From: Pecten maximus
Taxonomy: Eukaryota
Assembly: GCF_902652985.1 (NCBI RefSeq)
Contig: NC_047026.1
Span: 3,782,001 to 3,846,000, forward strand
Reading direction: 5' to 3'
DNA length: 64,000 nucleotides
Shown here: positions 13,401 through 22,400 of the stretch, piece after piece
How positions within the stretch are numbered: the stretch's first letter is position 1
Layout: every line of letters begins with the position of its first letter
The notes under the pieces: generated by a model
The model's input: only the letters and a program-made list of their open reading frames with translations
What the model was told of the DNA's origin: nothing
Database searches by the model: none
Translations under genes and position numbers: made by a program

Positions 13401-16400
13401 GGCGTGTACACGCCTAATTTTGAGTCCTCGCGCATCACCATTGAGTGGAGGTCCGACCGCATTTCTTCAGCATTCGATCCTGATAAGACAAAAAATATTA
13501 AAACTGCTGACATTTTCATAACGTTTTGACGTCAAAATAATTGGCTGACATATAAGAATGGCTATGTACGGTTGTATACTCTCCCCATACATCTACATGT
13601 ACTTCGTTTCAACTAGCATTCGCCCGCTCAGTAATCTTGTGATTGACGATTATTATAAATTTTCATTACTATTAGGGTACGATTGTCATATTTTTTTATT
13701 TTTTATTTAATGTTTCCTGACTACTTTTGATAATCACCAACAAAATACTCTTTGCATTCGCTAATAGGTATACCGACCAAGACATTGGCTAAGGGGTGTG
13801 CCAACCTAGACATTGGCTAAGGGGTGTGCCAACCTAGACATTGGCTAAGGGGTGTGCCAACCTAGACATTGACTAATGGATGTACCTTACAATTATAAAC
13901 TACACCTCCGGTCAAAAGGTCTTCAACTATATATTGCAATGACTTTCAAATCCCATTAATTTCCGTTAGGCGTGCACGGGATATAGAAATAACTATATCT
14001 TCTTTACACCTATGTCGGTATGAATATAGGTGTAGCTACCTGTAAACATGACGTCCACGTCCACACAACCGGGTCCGTCCGACATCTGCATCACCGCCAT
14101 GTTGTACGGCCGGGATTGAAGCGCGGCAGCGACTGTTGCCACCAGAGCCGACCTATCGGTACAGACACGTGACATTATCGATATCACAATGAAACAATGA
14201 CTGATAATGACATACAATTACTCAATATTTTCTTTTTCCCCAATTAAAGTTATGTTTCCGTCTCCTTTATATACTTTTGTCTATTTATACAATAGAATAG
14301 TACATGAGTTATCTTCCCCTTTTACATACTAATTGGCACTAGTTTCTTTCTACTGTGCATTTAAATTTTGTCATGTGACCGTTCAAGGGAGACAATACAA
14401 ATATCACAAATGGCAGGTGGTCTCTTAGCCCGAGTTTCCTCTAGCCCTGACACCACCACCAGACATGGTGTCAGGGCCAGAGGAAACTCGGGCTAGTGGT
14501 CTCTTAGTCCATGTTCAAGTATCTAGTATTTTGAATAGCACCGAGGGGGGATATGGTCACATATAAGATGGAGTCTTTTAATTCAGGGGATCACTTAGGC
14601 AGGTCTAATTCTTTACAATGAAACCTGCCTAATCCGACACCATGGATGAATGTGCATACATGTATATACCTATATGATAAGAATGGTTATCTATCCCTTA
14701 TCTATCATACATTTGTGTATAAACATTTGAATTATCTGCCCCTTGCACATACATGGATGTATACATATTTATATCAACAATATAATAATCTTGTCACCTT
14801 TCATCATATTTTATAATACTTACTTATCGACCATGGTTGTACTGGAATGGAAACTCATCCTCTCCGTGTAACTGTTTTCCGGTATGATGTCGCCACACAC
14901 GAACCTTGGGCCGCCATTATTGGCTTGGTGTACGACTATAGACCGACCGACGACTGGAGGAGACAGTAACAACAAGGTAAAATGTGTGTCCAGTGATTCT
15001 ATACATGTTTACATTTAATATGAGATTTGACAGAAAGATCATCACAGCATCTTTAAAATATCTTCACTTGCGAGGCGTGACTAAATGACAACAGATTGGA
15101 TCCGGACAGTTTCGGAATAAATGTAACCTTTCTGACAATACGTTACATCATACACACTTCTCACGTGTAGTGTAATAACAGATTACACATACTTGAAAAA
15201 ATAACATTTAACATTTATTTACTGATTACCCTGATATGATCACCAACATAAATATGAATGTTGATTTTGTTTCTGTACAGGGTTTATCGCCGAACCCTCA
15301 GTCAGGGCAGTTTGAGACGGTTTGTCTTTATAGTACATGGTGGCTACCGAGTGACATCACCGGACGGGCCATGATACACAACCTACCATTGACCTTGACC
15401 TTCACCAGAGGTTGTATTGATCCCAATATCTACCGACTGAGCCCTCGCAGCTTCTCATTGAAGTTATAAACTGCATTCAAATCAAGAAATATTTGCTGTT
15501 GCTGTTTACTGGTGTGGTATCTTATTTTTAAAAACCCAGTTTACATTCAAGAAGAAGAAGAAGAAGAAGAAGAAGAAGAAGAAGAAAAAGAAGAAATATT
15601 TCTTCGATCAAAAGGCACTCGTTGCCGAGCTAAGACATGTTGACTTGCTAATCTCACCTCCGAAGTCGTCGATGATATTGAGGTTGACATCGGTATAGAA
15701 TCGCTTGCCATCTCCGATGTCATACACGGCTGTTTTAGAGGACAGGTCACCCGCTTCACACCGTAGGGGATTGTAAGGGGAACACTCGGTGTAATTAGTC
15801 TGTATACACAAACAACATTTTAAAAGTTGTATACACTGTCTACAGAAATTATCCTAATTTATCTTAAATAATTCCCCTGTGATGATGTCATTTGGGGTTT
15901 AACTTAAAAGACTTGTCTAGAACAATAGTTGTCACAGGACAACATAGCTCTCGGGTTGAAATTCAGAATTCGTTTTTTTAAAGTAGGTCAAATGCCATTG
16001 TCAATGTCAGCAGGCGCGCAAAATTAGTTTCAACAAACATACAAAATATGTACTATGGCCAAGATTGAAGTTTGAAAGTAGGTCAAATGTCACATTCAAG
16101 TCTAGCAGGCCAACAAATGAAGTACCAATGGAAATGATTTGTGACTAGGAACACACATGGCAAACAGGAGAGCCGCCTTATCTCATAGAGTTAACATACT
16201 GTGACGAAGGTAACATTTTTCGAAGTATGTCAAAGGTCACCGTCAAGGTCTACGGGTTCGTGAATGTAGTAGTGCCAATAGAAAGGTCTTGTCACAAGGA
16301 ACATACGTGGCAAATATAATTTTTTTTGTCTACATTCAAGGTAGGTCAAAGGTCACGGTGAAAATCAACAGGTTCGTTAATGTAGTATTAATAGAAAGAT

Positions 16401-19400
16401 ATTGTCGCAAGGAATACGCATGTAAAATACATTCGTTCTATCCTCATAATAAGTAAAAGAACACTTTTATAAAACAAAAACGTTTAACTTAGCTTTATAA
16501 ATAGTTCCCCGGTATTTCGTACCGTCTAGCTAAAATGGCATGACTTTAGTTTGAACTTTAATAGCGGTAGTTATCGCCCCTGCATACGTACCATGTCGAC
16601 CATGAAGGGATTGTAGTGTGGACCGGCACTGTTGCAGTCTCCTGTCATTGGCTTTTCATGCACGTGCCATCGATGACCTCTGGACTGCAAAATAACGTTA
16701 ATACTTATTCCATTAAATCACATACAACATGCATGTAAAATGTCGCTCAAACTGTATATGATAGATTTTATTTCAAGCAACCATACATTGCACGTCCGTG
16801 TATTAAACACAATCAATATCTACATATAATATGCTGCTAATGTTTTGGCCTAAAGAGTAAAGCGCTTATACCTTTTTCGAATCTGGCTGTTTCTGATTAT
16901 TTTTATATTCGCTGTATATAGATAGGATGAACTGGACACGGACTTTTTTTTACATTTCATTAATGATATATTATTCTGAACAGGTGTTGGGTCTGAAGCC
17001 AAAAGCAGATCATGCTGTGCAAAATCAGGTTTAAAATTGTAGACGAACAGACTAAACCAAAATCAATAGTACATACGTATGGTAACACAGGGACCAGGTA
17101 TACGTGTAAATTCTCAATTATTTGTACACGTGTGCTTTATTTTGTAGTTTGGGTGGACTTTTATCTTTAAAATATAATTAACTTGGGGCAGGGGGTTTCT
17201 ACGGCGCCATCAATGGCGGTCAAAGTGATGGCAGACGAATGTCATTCTAGATAGTGGACACTATCTCGTTATCATGTTTAACGCCCGTCAAAATAAATTA
17301 TCAACAATAGGGACCGATTCAAAGTTTTTGTGTCGAGGAATTTCCAGTGGATGTGATTGCGATCACAACAGTTCTTCAATAGTACCGTGGGTTTGTAACG
17401 ATTTAAACGTATTTTTATTACAATGTCTACACTTAGGTTGAACTAAGACCTTTCATTGACTGTTACACGCTAAGAAAGTTCTCCTTAGGCGAGCTGTAAG
17501 GAAGTAAAGCTCACAGGGGCTTGGCACGATTTATATATATATGTATATAGTATACTATATACATATATATATGGACTATCATTTGGAAAATCGTGCCAAG
17601 CCCCTGTGGTAAAGCTAGTATCTTATCGGAGTGACATACATCTCGGTCAGTCTCGAATGGATACATGTACAGGTTGGGGTTGAATACACTGTAATAAAAT
17701 TATATTGATTTAACATAAAAAGCACAGGCATTCCGATAGTACACAAGGATTTAAATGCATTCGTGATGTTCATTGTGGTTTTATTCAGTAGAAATTAAAC
17801 GCGTTGTATTTGTCAAGAGCGAGCTTTTCTCTCTCTATCCTTAACGAGGCTCAGCTGAATTCAAATGCTGTGTCTATATTTATCATTAACAACATTAATT
17901 CCTATTATTCATTTGTATGTGACGTCACATCATTGTTCTGCCATCTATTGCAGTTTCGACACACGATTTGCATAAATTCCGAAATTTACTTAAAATACAG
18001 ACGGGAAGTCGAGAAAATTGTACACAGCCACAACATGCACAAGAGAGAGAAATAGTTTATCGCCTTTGTGCTGAAAAGAATCTTTAAAATTGACAAATAC
18101 ATTTGTTTACAATATACAACATCTTTAAAATGTAAGGATTACAAGATGAAAAATACACATGCAGTTAGTGCAGTCATCGTTGAAAACTTTAAGTACATTA
18201 TACGTGGCAATATTCAACACAAGACGTCACAGAGCAATCAATATCAAATACACAGAAAAGAGCAGAGTTCTCAGAGAGACATAACTATTTATCGGGACCA
18301 TTAAATAACGATTTCTGTCGGACAGACTGACGTAAATAACACATGGCACAGGGAAATTTACCGTCTGAGGACAATTTAAACTTATTCAAATGTATACTGG
18401 ATTACAGGTATTATTGTGGGAGATTCAAGACACATGATGCGTTTGTATCGTGCATTCACGTAGAAAATAGCTAGATTTACAAGTTTAATTATATTACACG
18501 TGGCGACAGAGAAGCTTAAATGCATGTCCTTTGTGACATCTCACAAACTGCTATCACCAACATAATCTCAACATTGAGCAGGAAGTACAAAATAAAGACA
18601 AATAGTAAAGTAAAAAAAAAAAATAGATATTATATATCAACGGTATTATGTTATATGACCTTATCCAAACGCGTCACAACATGTTCCAAATAATTTTATT
18701 TTCAAAAACCGACGGTATAATGCAAATTTTCTTTTGAAGTTTTTATTTTCGTGTTTAGAATAAAATTACGAAAATGTATTATCCTGAAAATAAAACTAAT
18801 ATAGAAAATTATTATTCGTTTCATTTGATGTCCGCGAAAAATAAATATTGTTTCAAACTTTTGGTAAAACTAAGAATCGGCACATTCGTCTGAACTTTGT
18901 ACTGTATTGCGGGACAGTCAAAATGTTAAGAATTGTATTGAGGTTTTCCTTATTGTATACATTAGGCTTATACAAACCTAAACATAGTATGGCTCATCTC
19001 TGAAGATGAAGCCACACCAACATGTGAATTGTGATGTCAAATACTGCCCAATGTCATAGATGTTTTTTTGTTTGTTTTTTTTAATTGAAGAATCAACTCG
19101 AAATATCAAATTTCCGGGGTAATCCCCCGAAAACACCTGATGGTGTAAATTTCACTGAAATGAAAAGAACACCCAACACTATGTTAAGGTGTAATACAGA
19201 CTCTTGAAAGATGATGTTTCTTTTAGACATATACAGGTGTACATTTCAACTGGTGTCTACTTTCACTTCCTACTCCCTCGTCTGTGAGTCTGTGGGTACA
19301 TGTATATGGCGACTTTGGGCATTGCTCTTTCTAGGGATGAATGTACCGAGACTATAAGCCTTGTATATATGTAAGGACGGACTCTTGGAGTCTTGAAACA

Positions 19401-22400
19401 CTTTTCTTTTAAAATCTTTTGTCCATATTTCAGGAAGTCTGCCTACCTTGTGTAAGCCTTCATGTGTGCAGCGGTAGACTATCCTAACAGTATTTACTGC
19501 ATTAGCCTAAACCCGAAAATCTTCTTTCGCTGAGTCTGTGACAACAGCTTCCAAGTCTGTTGGAGTTTCAGCTCCTCACAACTCTCTCGGGTATATGACA
19601 GGTTGCCTCATAGTAACAGTTATCAACATTTTTCTAATATAGTTTAATTTTTCTAATATTTTATTTTACATTTCAGTTTTTATCTTCTAATGATGAAATA
19701 TCTTGTTTGGTTTATTTTGTTTAACGTCCTATTAACAGCCAGGGTCATTTAAGGGCGTGTCAGGTTTGGAGGTGCAGGGAAGCCGGATTACCCGGAAAAA
19801 TGTTGTAATTCCTGTTCAAAATGCATGTTGGTTCCGTGTTTGCCTTTTCCCTTCTCTGAGAAACTTCCTCTTGTTTTTTTGTTGGGACGAGTGCCTCCTT
19901 TTCGTACAATTCGTGGATTCCAATCAGTGATTGCCAATATATTGGCTTTTCGGGGCTCTCGGATGTAGGCGTATACTATGTTAGCCAATGCATTATCATG
20001 ATGTGACTCAATCGGAACACCTCGCCTCCGTCTGCGAACGTAGTTTCGTAGAAAATGACGAGGGGTTCCGATTGGATGTGACTTTGCACTTCGGTGTCCT
20101 CGGTCATTATGGGTGATTAACTGTCAGTGGAATCTCTCGAGTCTCTTACTCGTTCAATTTGAACCTTCTTCTTTGTCATCGCATAAGAATCTCTCTCTAG
20201 GTGATTTTCCTTGTGACGTGTGCTTTTGGCACGTCCACAAAGTGACATCCAAGCCTTCAGTAGTACAGGCTTTTGCCCTTTTCAGTATTGTTGTCTACAA
20301 CCAGTTCTTAATTACTAGTCCTCGTCTGATAAGCTACACTATAAGCTAGCAGCACCAAACCTTGTAAGTGTAGCGGAACTAGACTGGGTCGATCATCGGC
20401 GATCAGGTAGCTCAATTGGTAGAGCATCAGGCTAGTATTCGGAGGTCCGGGTTCGAGCCCCGGTCTCGACGTGCATTTCCCCTCTCCTATTACATATGGC
20501 GCCCAACTAAATACCCACGGAGGTGGTATAGGGTATCGTGTGTGTCTCCGGGGTCGAAGATTTTGTTGAGGGAGGGAGGAATGTAGCGAAACTGGATTGG
20601 GTCGATCATCGGCGACCAGGTAGCTCAATTGGCTAGTATTCGGAGGTCCGCGTTCGTACCCCGGTCTGGACGTGCATTTTCCCTCTCTTATCATATAAGT
20701 ACCAGTTGTATTAGACTAGGGTTTTACTGAACGTATCTTACTGGCAGTAATTCAGTTGTTCACTTCTCCATAAAAATACTGTTGTGCCAAGTCTGTGCCT
20801 TCAGTACTAACAGAGGGTATGGTACATGCATTACCATTTTTTATTCTTGCATATTAATCAGCGTTTTCTTATTATAATTGACGACAACGCTATAGGGCTC
20901 TATACTGTACCTCCGACAAAGAAGATAAACTGATTCTTTTAAAGATCTATTTTAAGTTAAGTTTCACATTTTTAAGCCAAAGAGCTGCATACACAAAGAC
21001 ATGGTATTGTGAAATATGACATTAGGAAGACAATACTTACAATCAACGTGTTGTCTGATTTGTATTTCAAATCTATAAGTATCCCTGTGTCACTCAGTCC
21101 ACCATCCGGGTACTTGTACTGGGTCTGTAACATAGCAACGGGATACTCTGTGATTTATCTACCAACGTCTGGGCAACGGCACTGAGTTTATATCACAGTA
21201 ACGGAATTATTATGCTAATTACCAACAATCCATCTCTGTGCACGTAACAAAGTTATTTCCATCGTACCAATTAATTGATTATTGTGCAAGTACACTTTGT
21301 GCCGATAAAGCTATATCTTCATCTTCAGAATCCCGAATGCTTTAACTCAATGACTTATTACTATTCCATCGGAAATTCGAAACTTGTTTGTATTAATACT
21401 TCTTTGATAAAGTATATGTCAATTCAAGACTTTGACCTTTGACCTCTCACACTCCATTCTTAGTGAACTTTCAACTTTCACATTGATCTTGACCTTTGCA
21501 GCACGTACTGTTCCTTTATGTTTTTGTATTGATCAACTGTAGCAAGATTATTTAACAAACAAACAAAAAAGAAGAAGATATTTGACTTATATTTTGAAAG
21601 CATTTACTGGACACAAGGAAAAACTGAAAGTTTATTTTCACCAATACACTTACCATTATAATGCTACCAACTACTTCTCCTTTGAACTCGGTCTTTGCTG
21701 TATACATCTTGCCACCGGAAGTAGTGGTGTCCTCCACGATATTTCCGCACTTCCACCGGGTTCCGTTGTCGAAATGGACGACGACAGAGCGTCCGACCAC
21801 ACTGTGGCTCCCCCTGACGGGCAAATTTGTATCGACACCAGTCCAATCTACACTGGTCTTGCCATCAAGCATATGGTTATATTTTCCACTTAAGTCGCCA
21901 ATTTCGTACATATCATCTGTTTTGTCAGCAGGAGATCCAACAATAGAGAGGGGATTGTAATGGCCGCCAACTGCAGCGGCGGAACACGAAGCGGAAGAGG
22001 GGACCGGGTAACTGTGAACGTGATACCCGCTAGCCATCCCATCAAGTCCATTTAGATTCACATTGACGGTCGTCGGCCCGTCCAGAAAGCCTGGAGTGTT
22101 AGAATTAAACACAGTTTTGCCAGCGTATGATTGTTGCGACCAGTCCATTATCTTCGTCAGTCTGGCTGGAGTATTGTAGAGGTTTGCACATGCCAGTCGA
22201 GGGGCCCCAGAATCGGCATTGTGTATAACTATTGATCGACCTAACACGCTGTTTGGCCCCGAAAGAGGCAGGTCGACGTCCGTGAAGAACATCCGGGACT
22301 TTCCTCGGCCCGGTGTCCTTACACCAAGCTTTCCGTGTTTCCCGGACAAATCGCCGACCTCGCAGCGTAACGGATTATTCGGGCTACATTGAGTTGAGTA

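Noticed and set aside
14977-15280. Plus-strand donor/acceptor pair suggesting an antisense spliced transcript
   Set aside because: Such motifs occur by chance; ORF 15236-15469 has no recognisable homology.
20400-20470. Functional tRNA-Thr gene
   Set aside because: Mispaired stems, and it is embedded in duplicated LTRs with PBS, PPT and TSD. SINE heads at 2873, 33584 and 59754 and B-box-like fragments at ~1825 and ~40125 are likewise not tRNA genes.
21552-21653. Hydrophobic tail of the 694-aa ORF (VSVLVKINFQFFLV...)
   Set aside because: Intron read-through past the ATG|gtaagt donor; fold 6 continues in downstream exons.
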